The notes beneath the pieces are model-generated. The model was not told where the DNA came from. It saw only the letters and a list, made by a program, of their open reading frames with translations, and ran no database searches. A DNA stretch of 54,217 nt from Candidatus Kaiserbacteria bacterium. Its GTDB lineage: Bacteria; Patescibacteriota; Minisyncoccia; Phycocordibacterales; Phycocordibacteraceae. The stretch spans positions 1-54,217 of the forward strand of contig JARIGN010000002.1 in NCBI GenBank assembly GCA_029288835.1, read 5' to 3'. Positions 10,216-19,626 of this stretch are shown here, piece by piece. The translations under genes and the position numbers were made by a program. Each line of letters starts with the position of its first letter. The stretch's first letter is position 1.

Positions 10216-10908
10216 ATGAAAATTCAGGACTCAGTAGCAATTGTGACGGGAGCCTCAGCCGGCATTGGACTTGCAACGGCAAAGCTTCTCGCCGAGCGTG
10301 GTGCAAAGGTTGTGCTCGCGGCGCGTAACGAAGCAAAGCTTAAGGAGCTCGAGGTGGAAATCCCTAACTCTTTCGCCGTCGTTACCGATATGCGCAAGGA
10401 AGAAGACATTCAAAATATGATTGATAAGACCATGGAGAAATTTGGCCGCATCGATATTCTCGTGAATAACGCGGGCCAGGGCATGCGCTCATCACTAGAG
10501 AACATAAACATGGATGAGTACCGCGACATTATGGAGTTGAACGTGTTCAGCGTCGTGAGTGCCATGCAAAAAGTCATCCCTAGTATGCGCGCACAAGGCG
10601 GTGGCATGATCCTGAACGTAAGCTCGCGCGTTTCCAAAAACTATTACACCGAGCTCTCTGCCTATGCCTCCACAAAGTATGCACTTAACGCACTTTCCCT
10701 TACCTCGCGCGAGGAGCTTGCGCCAGATCACATCACTGTGAGCGTCTTCCATCCAAAAATGACGGCGACTGACTTTGGTGCAAACGCTAAGGGTGAGAAA
10801 TATAATTCAAGCGCCGGCCGCCCGGGTATGGCCGTGGATACCGCGGAGCAGGTCGCTGAAAAAATGCTTGAGCAAATCGAAAGCGAAGAAGCCGAGGCGA
10901 GTATGTAG
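10216..10908 (+). CDS. Short-chain dehydrogenase/reductase (SDR)
   Basis: TGASAGIG, NNAG, VSS and catalytic YASTK (YxxxK). Confidence 0.93.
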   Translation: MKIQDSVAIVTGASAGIGLATAKLLAERGAKVVLAARNEAKLKELEVEIPNSFAVVTDMRKEEDIQNMIDKTMEKFGRIDILVNNAGQGMRSSLENINMDEYRDIMELNVFSVVSAMQKVIPSMRAQGGGMILNVSSRVSKNYYTELSAYASTKYALNALSLTSREELAPDHITVSVFHPKMTATDFGANAKGEKYNSSAGRPGMAVDTAEQVAEKMLEQIESEEAEASM

Positions 10909-10926
10909 ACAGTTTGTAATGATTTG

Positions 10927-11409
10927 CTACATTGCCTTTGCACCAATTCCCTGCAAAAACTTTTCATCAGCAGAAAAGAGCGAGCCATAAAGCGCAATTG
11001 CTTCGGAAGCAATGTCTCCGAGAGTATTTAGTGAAGGCGTTACCGAAGCGCCTTGTTGCGCCGCACCTTGCACGAGATACCAATGCACAAGTGAGGCACC
11101 GGTATAAAATCCCATCCACTCGAGCACCTCACTGCTCTCGTTCCAAGAATCACCTATATAGGTATCGCGCATAGAGGATACTTTTTCCTGTGTCTTGCTA
11201 GCAGACTCTTCTACTTTTTGCGTCACATCTTCCTGCGCGGCAAACCCGGCAACTTTTTGCTCGAGATTATTAAAACGCTCTTTGAGAGTATCCAGCTCCT
11301 GAGGCTGCATAATCTGCACGAAGCCTTCCCTACCTTTATCCAAAGTATCACTCCCAAGCCGCGCAAACGCCAATACTTCACCAAGTTTTTTCTGTAAGAA
11401 TTCGTTCAT
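10927..11409 (-). CDS. Hypothetical helical protein
   Basis: Clean ORF with plausible amphipathic-helix composition filling an intergenic gap; no motif recognised. Start set at MNEFLQ. Confidence 0.65.
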   Translation of the reverse strand: MNEFLQKKLGEVLAFARLGSDTLDKGREGFVQIMQPQELDTLKERFNNLEQKVAGFAAQEDVTQKVEESASKTQEKVSSMRDTYIGDSWNESSEVLEWMGFYTGASLVHWYLVQGAAQQGASVTPSLNTLGDIASEAIALYGSLFSADEKFLQGIGAKAM

Positions 11410-11470
11410 AGACTGCCATACTACCCGAAGGTATATGAGCAAAGCGTTAATCAGCTCATCTTGCCCGTAT

Positions 11471-11932
11471 TTACATCTTCCTGCTGTCGTATGCCCAGTG
11501 GAGAATGGCCTGGCGCTGGCGTGGACGGCAGGTGCTATCGCCCGGGCGACAGTGCTGCTTCAGCTGGCTAATGTGCCGGCCAATAGCATGCCAGCGCCGA
11601 ATCTGCCGTGCATCTTCTTCCGGCAAGCGGCGCCCCATCGTATAGCGGCAATACCACTGGAACCATCCGAGCGGGTCTTCTTTCGCAATCCATCCTTTTT
11701 CAATCCATACCGAGCGCGGCTGCGAAGCATTCACGCCGAAGCAGTTTAGCGTTGCGCGTGGCTTGCCATCGGGGCTGAGTTTTGCATGCGTAAACCAACT
11801 TTTCGGAAACTCTTTGAATGCTTCTGGCGCGTCAGCAAAGTACGCGCCACCAAAGACGCCGAGCTCGAGCATTTCTTTCGGGGTAAGGTCAGGCTTAAAT
11901 TCCGGGATTATTGTGCTCATATTTCTGCTCAA
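11471..11932 (-). CDS. Conserved [15 protein letters not shown] protein (FKPxLTPKEMLxLGVFGG...GWFQWYCRY...RQRQAxLHWAYD family)
   Basis: Motif-rich Trp/Arg/Cys sequence that I recognise as a conserved family of unknown function. Overlaps the tspO stop. Confidence 0.75.
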   Translation of the reverse strand: MSRNMSTIIPEFKPDLTPKEMLELGVFGGAYFADAPEAFKEFPKSWFTHAKLSPDGKPRATLNCFGVNASQPRSVWIEKGWIAKEDPLGWFQWYCRYTMGRRLPEEDARQIRRWHAIGRHISQLKQHCRPGDSTCRPRQRQAILHWAYDSRKM

Positions 11933-12372
11933 CTACCTTTCTTGATTCGCCCCTCTTTATCCACTACCTTCCCGTTCATAACCGTAATGGTAATCTGAAG
12001 CACGCTCGCGAAACATACCCAGGCAAGGTATGGGATGTTTAGGTACGAAACCCACGCTGCAGTCGGAAAGATGGCAACCTGCGCCCAGAGGAGCGTCACT
12101 GCGACGAGCACCTCATCAAGCGAAGCGAGCACGTATTTGTTATAGCGAAACTGCAGGAGTGTATACGCAGCATTAAAGATCAGGTTCAATAAAAACGGCA
12201 GTACTATCCAAAAAGAAATATTCCCTCCTATAAATAGATACGCCACGTAGCCAAAAGAAATGGCAATCAAAAGGTAGAGCACTGACCATACTGGCCCAAA
12301 AACCCAGGACGGTGGTGCCCAGGACGGCTTTCGATATGCCTTGTATTGCGCTGGCGTGCGTTCAGGGTTCAT
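11929..12372 (-). CDS. tspO: TspO/MBR tryptophan-rich sensory protein
   Basis: KPSWAPPSWVFGPVWSVLY and PYLAWVCFA motifs; five TM segments. Confidence 0.92.
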   Translation of the reverse strand: MNPERTPAQYKAYRKPSWAPPSWVFGPVWSVLYLLIAISFGYVAYLFIGGNISFWIVLPFLLNLIFNAAYTLLQFRYNKYVLASLDEVLVAVTLLWAQVAIFPTAAWVSYLNIPYLAWVCFASVLQITITVMNGKVVDKEGRIKKGS

Positions 12373-12467
12373 AGGTAGCAGCTTTACGAGTACATTTATC
12401 GTAGCATTTTCCCGTATTCATGCGCTATACACGCCTTTTCCTATTTACTCCATATTAGAATGGAAGT

Positions 12468-13175
12468 ATGGAGATCCATCACGAAACCAACAGCGAAGTT
12501 GCTTTTGAGACTGCGCGCTACCTTTCCGAAATATTTCGTTCCTATGCTTCCCTGCCATTCCTCTTTCTCTCTTCTGGTGGCTCTTCCCTCCAGCTTCTTG
12601 ACCTGCTCGACACAGAACACTTCGGCCCACACAGCACCGTTGCTGTCTTAGATGAACGATTTTCAACAGATCCTTTGAAAAATAATTTCGCGCAAATGCA
12701 AGCAACTGAGTTTTATCAGAAAGCAAAAGAACGCGGAGCCCAATTTATTGAAACGAAGATTCGCGAGAATGAAACTATAGAGGAAGCCGCGGCAGGATTC
12801 GAGAAAGCGTTACGAACCTGGGTCGCCAAAAATCACGGCCCCATTATTGCTACGGTAGGGGTCGGTCCGGACACGCATACCTCAGGCATCATGCCCTTTC
12901 CTGAAGATCCGACGTTCTTTGAGACAACCTTCAATGATGAAAATCATTGGGTTGCCGCCTATGATGCAAACGATAAGAACCCCGAACGGCTCCGCATCAC
13001 CTGTACGATTCCCTTCTTTCGAATGATCACACATCCCGTCCTTTTCGTTACCGGAGAAAATAAGCGCGATGCGCTCGACGTGCTCGCCGCAAGCGAAGGC
13101 ACCGTTCACGAACACCCATGCCGCATCTGGCGTGAGATATCTTCTTCGGTGCTATTCACCGATCAAAAAATCTAG
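12468..13175 (+). CDS. pgl: 6-phosphogluconolactonase / glucosamine-6-P isomerase family
   Basis: LSSGGS, LDERF, GVGPDTHTSGIMP, RIT, GENK motifs. Confidence 0.75.
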   Translation: MEIHHETNSEVAFETARYLSEIFRSYASLPFLFLSSGGSSLQLLDLLDTEHFGPHSTVAVLDERFSTDPLKNNFAQMQATEFYQKAKERGAQFIETKIRENETIEEAAAGFEKALRTWVAKNHGPIIATVGVGPDTHTSGIMPFPEDPTFFETTFNDENHWVAAYDANDKNPERLRITCTIPFFRMITHPVLFVTGENKRDALDVLAASEGTVHEHPCRIWREISSSVLFTDQKI

Positions 13176-13178
13176 TCA

Positions 13179-13499
13179 CTAGATAATTTCTATCGGATAT
13201 ACATCAAGCGCGGGTTCTTCATACGGATGCGCGTCTTTAATTGCGGCGATGACGGCTTTAAGTCTGTCACCATGGCACACCGTCTCAATTCTTTCTTCTT
13301 CAACTTCCTCCATTTTTCCCACTTCACCGATCGTCGGATTTGCTCCTTCTCCTGGCTTAAATCTTCCCATACCCTTCATCGTAAACGTGCAAAAAGTATA
13401 GTTCCCTATTACACCTGCACCGGCATTTCCCATAGCTTCACGCACCTTGTCGGCAGCTGATTCAGGAACGTAGATAACTATCTTGTACTGCTTCTCCAT
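13179..13499 (-). CDS. Stand-alone NIF3/YqfO PII-like domain protein
   Basis: KIVIYVP...AGAGVIGNY..CTF...GRFKP..GANPTIG...EERIE...HPYEEPA.DVYP. Confidence 0.9.
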   Translation of the reverse strand: MEKQYKIVIYVPESAADKVREAMGNAGAGVIGNYTFCTFTMKGMGRFKPGEGANPTIGEVGKMEEVEEERIETVCHGDRLKAVIAAIKDAHPYEEPALDVYPIEII

Positions 13500-13508
13500 A
13501 TCTCAATA

Positions 13509-14078
13509 TTAGTTATTAGCTGGTGCATACCGCAAAATCACTCCTCCGCTCTCTAACTGCTGATCCTCAAGGAGGGCGAGCTTCTGGTGTGGAATGCCTT
13601 CGGCAAATAAGTGCCTTCCCTTTCCAAGGAAAATCGGTGCGACACCGAGCCGGTATTCATCAAAAAGCCCTGCCTTCATGAGCGATTCTGAAAGGATGGC
13701 GCTGCCAAAAACGAACATATTCCCTTCGCCTTCTTGCTTGAGTTTCTGAATTTCTGCGACCGCATCTTTTATTACCGTCGAGTTTTGCCATTCTGCAGAC
13801 GTGGGGGAGGTCGAGCAGACTATTTTTGGAAGGCTGTTCATAAGCTCCGCGACTTCGTCTTGACCTTCTTCCTGCTCTTTCGGCTGAGACCAATACTCGG
13901 CCATACCTTTATAGGTATTCTCGCCAAAGACGAGCATCTCAGCAGTCTTGAGCTGCTCGATAATAAACTTCTCGAGATCAGGACCCCACATGCTCTGATG
14001 GAACGCCAAATCCCACGGCTTCTCACCTTCAAAGTACCCGTCGAGGGTCACCAAATTCCACATGATGAGTTTTCGCAT
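13509..14078 (-). CDS. Dihydrofolate reductase / RibD C-terminal family protein
   Basis: MRKLI...VTLDGY, GENTY, PKIVCS, FGSAIL, DEYRL...P.FLGKG..LF, GGVILRY. Confidence 0.9.
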   Translation of the reverse strand: MRKLIMWNLVTLDGYFEGEKPWDLAFHQSMWGPDLEKFIIEQLKTAEMLVFGENTYKGMAEYWSQPKEQEEGQDEVAELMNSLPKIVCSTSPTSAEWQNSTVIKDAVAEIQKLKQEGEGNMFVFGSAILSESLMKAGLFDEYRLGVAPIFLGKGRHLFAEGIPHQKLALLEDQQLESGGVILRYAPANN

Positions 14079-14113
14079 AGAGACATTATACAATGACCTA
14101 CTCTCACTACTCG

Positions 14114-15853
14114 CTACGTATGGGCCACTATATATGCGCGCGTAAGTGGGCCGAAATAGCCGCTTGCAGGAGATATGCCGTGCGCTTTTTGGTATTCAAC
14201 TAATGCCGCCTTCGTGAGTGCGCCAAAATAGCCCGTGACGCCGTTTGCCGCGAGTGCCTGCGCTGCTTTCCCTGTGTTTACTGAAATGAGGAGTAACTGC
14301 AATGCCTTAACATCACTGCCACTCATACCGTTTTTAAGGTCTCTCGTGAACATATTACTGGTAGTAGCGACGCGAGAACCTTCCCTTCCCGGCATTTTCA
14401 GCAGCAGCGCCTGGTATTCAGCTTCCAGATTCTGCAATTCGCTTTCAGAATTAGTAGACACAGAGACAGGCATTTGTGCCGCAATCTGTGGAACCCTCAG
14501 CTGTCCCGAAAATCCTGATGACGTATTTTGCACTGTCGACGGTGCCGTGCCAGTGGTCGTAGCGGTTAGCATTGCAGAAGGCGTGCTTGTCCCGATACTG
14601 TTCACAGCACTCACGCGGAAGTCATAGGCCGTTCCGCTCGTGAGTCCCGTTACGATCGCATTCGTCGAGGTAGAGACACCATCGGCAACTGTCGCCCAAG
14701 AATTTTTCCCAGACAGAGAATACTCGACTTGGTAATCGGTAACCTGTTTCCCCCCATCATCCGTGGGTGCAGTGAAGGTAAGTAAGACGGAAGTGTCAGC
14801 AGGCGTTGCGGTGGTAAGGGTCGGGGTGCTCGGGGCAGTAGCCGCAAACGTGTACAGGTAATTGTCTGTCGCATCAATTGCGACACCCTTCGTACCATCA
14901 GACGAAATAGCGACGCCGTTCCATTGCACGGTGCTGGTGGCATGCTGTTCCTGCCAGGTGCTTTCTCCGGTATCAGAAAACCAGACATGGCCATTGTCCG
15001 TGCTTGCAAGCATGCTCTGGCCGTCGGGCGTTATGGCCGCAGCATCCCAGCTTCCAGTATCGTTTAATCCCGTATCGACGACTGAATCTCCGGCGCTGTT
15101 AGAGTAATACAAAACATTGTTCCCACCGCCAAGCAGGACTCCCCCATTTGCCGCTGCTAACCCATACCAGGGTACCGTCGAACCAAGATCTTCAGTCCAG
15201 CTTAGTCCTTCGTTAGTTGACACCGCGAGTGAAGGGGTGGTTGTCGCTGCGCCCACCGCTAAATAATTTCCATCGGGAGAATAGGAAATGGCATCCCATT
15301 CCTTTCCTGATATATTTGGTGCCGTGTTCCAGGTCGCACCGTAGTCGTTTGAGATCTCAATGAGATTGTCATACGTGGAAGCAGCTGCAAGGTATTCACC
15401 ATTAGCAGACATCGTGACGGAAAGCCACGTATCAGCTGTGCCCGGACCCACTTCATTCCACGTGAGTCCGCTGTTTATCGAAAGCCAGATATGCCCGTTA
15501 TACTGAACACCAACGATGCGCGTGCCATCGGATGAAATCGCGACTGATTCCCATGGTTCATTTCCTGAGGCAGCAGCGGTGAGAATTTCGCTCCAGGTCA
15601 CTCCGCCGTCCGTCGAGCGATACAGCCCCTGCTCGGTGCCCCCGTATACTCCGGTGACGATGATCTGGCCGTTCGCTGATTCTGCCACGGTACTCATCGG
15701 CTGCGAGGGTGCACCTGCTTGCCGCGTCCACGTTAATGCATACGCTCGGTTAGGCCCACCAACCACGAGACCTAAGAGCAGCAGGAAAACAAGCGGTGAC
15801 GAAAACGCTTGAATAAACCGCATCGCTTTCGCCTGGGTCAGTAGATCACTCAT
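14114..15853 (-). CDS. Secreted surface protein: BNR/YVTN-type beta-propeller, fibronectin type III, peptidoglycan-binding domain
   Basis: Signal peptide (AYA|LTW); repeated SxDxGxTW Asp-boxes; FN3 'YDFRVSAVNSIG'; PG-binding 'DLKNGMSGSDVKALQ...GYFGPLTRA'. Confidence 0.85.
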   Translation of the reverse strand: MSDLLTQAKAMRFIQAFSSPLVFLLLLGLVVGGPNRAYALTWTRQAGAPSQPMSTVAESANGQIIVTGVYGGTEQGLYRSTDGGVTWSEILTAAASGNEPWESVAISSDGTRIVGVQYNGHIWLSINSGLTWNEVGPGTADTWLSVTMSANGEYLAAASTYDNLIEISNDYGATWNTAPNISGKEWDAISYSPDGNYLAVGAATTTPSLAVSTNEGLSWTEDLGSTVPWYGLAAANGGVLLGGGNNVLYYSNSAGDSVVDTGLNDTGSWDAAAITPDGQSMLASTDNGHVWFSDTGESTWQEQHATSTVQWNGVAISSDGTKGVAIDATDNYLYTFAATAPSTPTLTTATPADTSVLLTFTAPTDDGGKQVTDYQVEYSLSGKNSWATVADGVSTSTNAIVTGLTSGTAYDFRVSAVNSIGTSTPSAMLTATTTGTAPSTVQNTSSGFSGQLRVPQIAAQMPVSVSTNSESELQNLEAEYQALLLKMPGREGSRVATTSNMFTRDLKNGMSGSDVKALQLLLISVNTGKAAQALAANGVTGYFGALTKAALVEYQKAHGISPASGYFGPLTRAYIVAHT

Positions 15854-15925
15854 AAAGACAGTATACCGTTTGAGCTTCCAGCTTTTTTATACTTTCCCCA
15901 CTATATTATATTTTCCCCATTGTTC

Positions 15926-16942
15926 TTATACTTTTCCTAACGGCACCTGTTGCAAGCGGAGCGCCGCAATTCTAATTTCTTCTGCTTTTTGTGTATGGTT
16001 CTTGGTGACATGCATATCAGGAGGATCGAGACGGAACGTACCGAATGCCGCTCGCGTTTCTGCGGGATCTTCTGAAATACGGTATAGGTCCGGATATGTT
16101 TCTTGCAGCTTTTTCAATTCTGCGTTGCCTTTCAATTGCTCGAGCAATGCGGGAGGCAGGCGCTTCTCCGCATAATCGCTTTCAAAAAGAAATTGCCGCG
16201 CCAGGCCGCATGCGTATCCTTCAAACTCTGTGTATAGATTTTTGAATGCCATATCAGCAGCATTCATGTGTAGTACAAGAAAATTCGAGATTATTCCTGC
16301 ATTTGAGCGCACGGGCTGCACTGACAGCATCGGAAACACGGGCGCTAGCTCTGGCAGATAGAAATTAGGGTATATATCGTGGTGCCAGTATGATTCGGCT
16401 ACGCGCGCATATTCAATAAAGGACGTGACTGGCTTAATGGGCGCGTCTGCAACAGAGCGATACAGGATGATTGGTATCTTGTTTTCGTCAACGGTATCGT
16501 TTGCGACATCCAGTATCGTGTCACCGATTTGTATCGCATTTTGGAAATACATTCCTTTATCGATTCCCCAGAACGGCCGCATGATGCCGCCTTCTTCAAG
16601 GAATTTCCTAAGCACACGCATACCCGGCTGGGTGTTTTTTGCAATCGCCGCCTTTATGCTTGCGTACACCGTATCGCGTATCGGAAGACACATGCCGTAG
16701 GGATATTCCTTATCGGTCGCAAGGCGTTCAAGCGTTGCAACCGGGTGCTGGAAAAGGATCGCATCGGCTTCCTTTCGAAAAACCAACACATCGGCAAGTA
16801 TGCTCGTCTCATTTGGGAGTATCCATTTCCCAGTGAGTGCAATCTGCTCCGCGTTTGGCGGAACAAGCTGTCCCGACAGCATGGGATGCAGGCGCAGTCG
16901 TGCAATATTTCGTTCGAGTAGTTCGTCGACAACTAGGGGCAT
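15926..16942 (-). CDS. Hypothetical protein (YPYGxC...WG...YFQNAxQxG...DVANDTVD family)
   Basis: Long clean ORF immediately downstream of tRNA-Met; start uncertain (16942 or 16972). Confidence 0.7.
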   Translation of the reverse strand: MPLVVDELLERNIARLRLHPMLSGQLVPPNAEQIALTGKWILPNETSILADVLVFRKEADAILFQHPVATLERLATDKEYPYGMCLPIRDTVYASIKAAIAKNTQPGMRVLRKFLEEGGIMRPFWGIDKGMYFQNAIQIGDTILDVANDTVDENKIPIILYRSVADAPIKPVTSFIEYARVAESYWHHDIYPNFYLPELAPVFPMLSVQPVRSNAGIISNFLVLHMNAADMAFKNLYTEFEGYACGLARQFLFESDYAEKRLPPALLEQLKGNAELKKLQETYPDLYRISEDPAETRAAFGTFRLDPPDMHVTKNHTQKAEEIRIAALRLQQVPLGKV

Positions 16943-16987
16943 GATACAAATTTCATGCGTACAGTATGCCACAGTGTCGGATTCGTG

Positions 16988-17058
16988 TTGCGGGGGCCGG
17001 AATCGAACCGGCGTCTGGAGGTTATGAGCCTCCCGAGGTACCTCTCCTCTACCCCGCT
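16988..17058 (-). tRNA. tRNA-Met(CAT), probably initiator type
   Basis: AGCGGGG-TA-GAGG-AGAGGTA-CCTC-G-GGAGG-CTCATAA-CCTCC-AGAC-GCCGG-TTCGATT-CCGGC-CCCCGCA-A. Has a 1:72 mismatch; CCA not encoded. Confidence 0.9.
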
Positions 17059-17125
17059 ATTATTGAGCGAGTATACCAACTTTTGGGTAATAAACAACCT
17101 TAACAAAGATGTTGGCCTAAACGTA

Positions 17126-17719
17126 CTAAATCTCCCCGAACTCCCGGAACACATTTTCATACTGGTTAATCGTGCGGTATGCGATGTTTGGCGAAAGCTG
17201 GAACTCTGAGCCACGGTGTGCAATGTCGTTACGCACGCGGTGCGCTTCCCAGGCGTCATTAAGCGTGCGGAAATGCGTAGGTGAGGAGCTTTTCAGCATG
17301 TCACCGAGCGTCGCGCCTTCATAGCCCTGCTTGCGGAGCACTTCCTCAAGCATGATGTCGGCCTCAATAATGGCCTGGCGCCAATCGCTCTCCTTCGGGC
17401 TTTCGATTAAATTCTTTATGTACGTCCAGCGGGAGTCCTCAAGCTTATCATGTACTTCCTCATGGGACTCGGTCTGGTATTTTTTATCGTCTTCCTCGCG
17501 AATCTGTTTGATGCGTGTCATGAGATACACGAGCACGCCAATGAGGATGATGCACACAAGAATGGCGACGAGCGAATAGAAAAGCCAGAGTGTGCTGAAA
17601 AAATCGCCAATGTTATCGAAAGAAAACTGTCCGCCAAAAAACAGGTTATAGAGAAGCTCGAAAAAATACGCGACGTTGAGGAAGTGAATGGAGGGACCGA
17701 CCGGATAGGTACTCGACAT
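17126..17719 (-). CDS. Membrane-anchored conserved hypothetical protein
   Basis: N-terminal TM; 'WRQAIIEADIMLEEVL...GATLGDMLK...AWEAHRVRNDIAH' (RNxxxH, HEPN/DUF4145-like). Confidence 0.75.
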   Translation of the reverse strand: MSSTYPVGPSIHFLNVAYFFELLYNLFFGGQFSFDNIGDFFSTLWLFYSLVAILVCIILIGVLVYLMTRIKQIREEDDKKYQTESHEEVHDKLEDSRWTYIKNLIESPKESDWRQAIIEADIMLEEVLRKQGYEGATLGDMLKSSSPTHFRTLNDAWEAHRVRNDIAHRGSEFQLSPNIAYRTINQYENVFREFGEI

Positions 17720-17739
17720 GCACCTATTATAGCCTTGTA

Positions 17740-19254
17740 TTAGAGCGTTTCGCCGGTAACGGCAGCACCTATTGTGAACAGGAGGTCTTCCGCGCCTTTT
17801 GGTGCCGTGAAATGAATGCCTGTTGGGAGTTCTTTTCCTTCTCTGCTGACCATGCCCATTGGTACGGAAAGTGCCGGCATACCGGTGAGGTTTGCGGTGA
17901 CAGTGAAGATATCTTCAAGGTACATAGAGACCGGGTCACTCTTTTCGCCAAAGACAAAGGCAGGAGAAGGGGTCGTTGGGAATGCGATGACGTCAACGTT
18001 TTTAAATGCCTCATCATATTCTTTCGTGAGGACGGCACGCGCTGCATCGGCTTTACGATAGTATGCGTCGATGTAGCCTGAAGAAAGCACAAAGGTGCCA
18101 AGCAGGATGCGGCGCGTCGTCTCTTCGCCGAAGCCTTCCGTACGCGTTTCGACATAGTCATCAAGGAGCGACTTTCCGCGCTTCGCAAGGCCGTAGCGCA
18201 TCCCATCAAAGCGAGCGAGGTTTGCGGACGCTTCCGCGGGCTGGATTACATAGTACACGGCGAGCGCATAGGAACTCGTTGGAAGCGAGACATCGAGTAT
18301 TTCGTGCCCTGCGCTCTTGAAGGACTCGAGCGTTTTCGTAAAATGCGCAAGCAGGTCTTCATCGACCCCATTCTCAAGGAGATGATATGGCACTCCAATC
18401 CGGAATTTCTTCGGTGCTGCTCCTGCATCTTTCGCTTCAGGCTTTTGGTACGGAGACTTTTTCGGAATGCTCGTCGCATCAAGCGGGTCGTTTCCTTTGA
18501 GCGCATCGAAAATGATTTTTGCATCAGCGACAGACTTCGCGAGTGGACCGCACTGGTCAAGCGAGGATGCGAGCGCGATGAGACCGTTTCGCGAGACTGC
18601 GCCATAGGTAGGCTTAAGACCCACAAGGCCACAATGCGCAGCAGGCTGGCGAATGGAGCCGCCCGTGTCGGTGCCGAGGCTGGCGAGTGCACCATGAGAA
18701 GCGACTGCGGCGGCGGAGCCGCCGCTTGAGCCTCCCGGCACGCGCGTCGTGTCATAGGGGTTTTTAGTTTTTCCAAAGGCCGAGTGCTCTGTGGAGCTGC
18801 CCATAGCAAACTCGTCCATGTTGGTGCGGCCGATGAAGATCGCGTGCTGTGCCTTTAGTTTCTTGATGACCGTCGCATCATAGGTCGCCGTATAGTTTTC
18901 AAGCATTTTAGAAGAAGCGCTCGAGGTGCGCCCTTCAATTAAAATATTATCTTTGATCGCAAGCGGTATGCCGCAAAGAAGCGGAGCCGGTACACCACAA
19001 GCATCACCCGACGCCACGCTTTCAATCTCTGCATCGATAAGTTTTTGCGCTTCTTCTATAGCCGCAAGCGTCTCTGCATCTGGCTCAAGAGTTTCATGAT
19101 TCGAAACGAAAAGCTCGAGGTATGCGTTTAGTTCTTCGTTCTGCTTCTGCGCTGATTGGACGCATGCATCGAAAAGTTCGCGCACCGTGCATTCACGCGC
19201 GCGCAGCGCGCGTGCGGCTTCCGTTATCGTAAGTTCGTTGAGCTTTTTTTCCAT
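17740..19254 (-). CDS. gatA: Asp/Glu-tRNA amidotransferase subunit A
   Basis: IKDNI, TNMDEFAMGSS, GGSSGGSAA, DTGGSIRQPA, RFDGMRYG, MYLEDIFT. Confidence 0.97.
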   Translation of the reverse strand: MEKKLNELTITEAARALRARECTVRELFDACVQSAQKQNEELNAYLELFVSNHETLEPDAETLAAIEEAQKLIDAEIESVASGDACGVPAPLLCGIPLAIKDNILIEGRTSSASSKMLENYTATYDATVIKKLKAQHAIFIGRTNMDEFAMGSSTEHSAFGKTKNPYDTTRVPGGSSGGSAAAVASHGALASLGTDTGGSIRQPAAHCGLVGLKPTYGAVSRNGLIALASSLDQCGPLAKSVADAKIIFDALKGNDPLDATSIPKKSPYQKPEAKDAGAAPKKFRIGVPYHLLENGVDEDLLAHFTKTLESFKSAGHEILDVSLPTSSYALAVYYVIQPAEASANLARFDGMRYGLAKRGKSLLDDYVETRTEGFGEETTRRILLGTFVLSSGYIDAYYRKADAARAVLTKEYDEAFKNVDVIAFPTTPSPAFVFGEKSDPVSMYLEDIFTVTANLTGMPALSVPMGMVSREGKELPTGIHFTAPKGAEDLLFTIGAAVTGETL

Positions 19255-19260
19255 AGAACG

Positions 19261-19548
19261 CTAGTCGTGCGAGATGATCTGCTTCACCGAAAGATAGTCA
19301 CCTTCGCGTGCCGGAAACTGTTCGGCGAGCTTCTCCGTATATTTCCCTTTTTCGTGCGGTTTCCCATCTTCTCGAAACACATTTGTATACGGAAGAAGCG
19401 GTGTTTTTTCAGGCACTTCCAAACTTTCAAGCTGGCCCACATAGCCCAAAATGGCCTCGAATTCCTGGGCGAATTTCTCCAGCTTTTCTTCAGGTACGTT
19501 GATGCGAGCGAGCGCCGCAAGCTTTTTCACCTCCTCCGTATTTACCAT
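19261..19548 (-). CDS. gatC: Asp/Glu-tRNA amidotransferase subunit C
   Basis: EEVKKLAALARI...ILGYVGQL...NVFRED; directly upstream of gatA. Confidence 0.93.
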   Translation of the reverse strand: MVNTEEVKKLAALARINVPEEKLEKFAQEFEAILGYVGQLESLEVPEKTPLLPYTNVFREDGKPHEKGKYTEKLAEQFPAREGDYLSVKQIISHD

Positions 19549-19594
19549 ATTCCCTACTGTATCACACGCCTCTACGTACTGCATCGAAGTAAGT

Positions 19595-19623
19595 TTGACG
19601 ACTTACATTTCTCATACTAAACT
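19595..19623 (+). promoter_or_regulatory. Sigma70-type promoter for a candidate small RNA
   Basis: TTGACG (19595-19600), 17-nt spacer, TAAACT (19618-19623). It points into a structured non-coding stretch with no credible ORF. Confidence 0.65.
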
Positions 19624-19626
19624 TCT

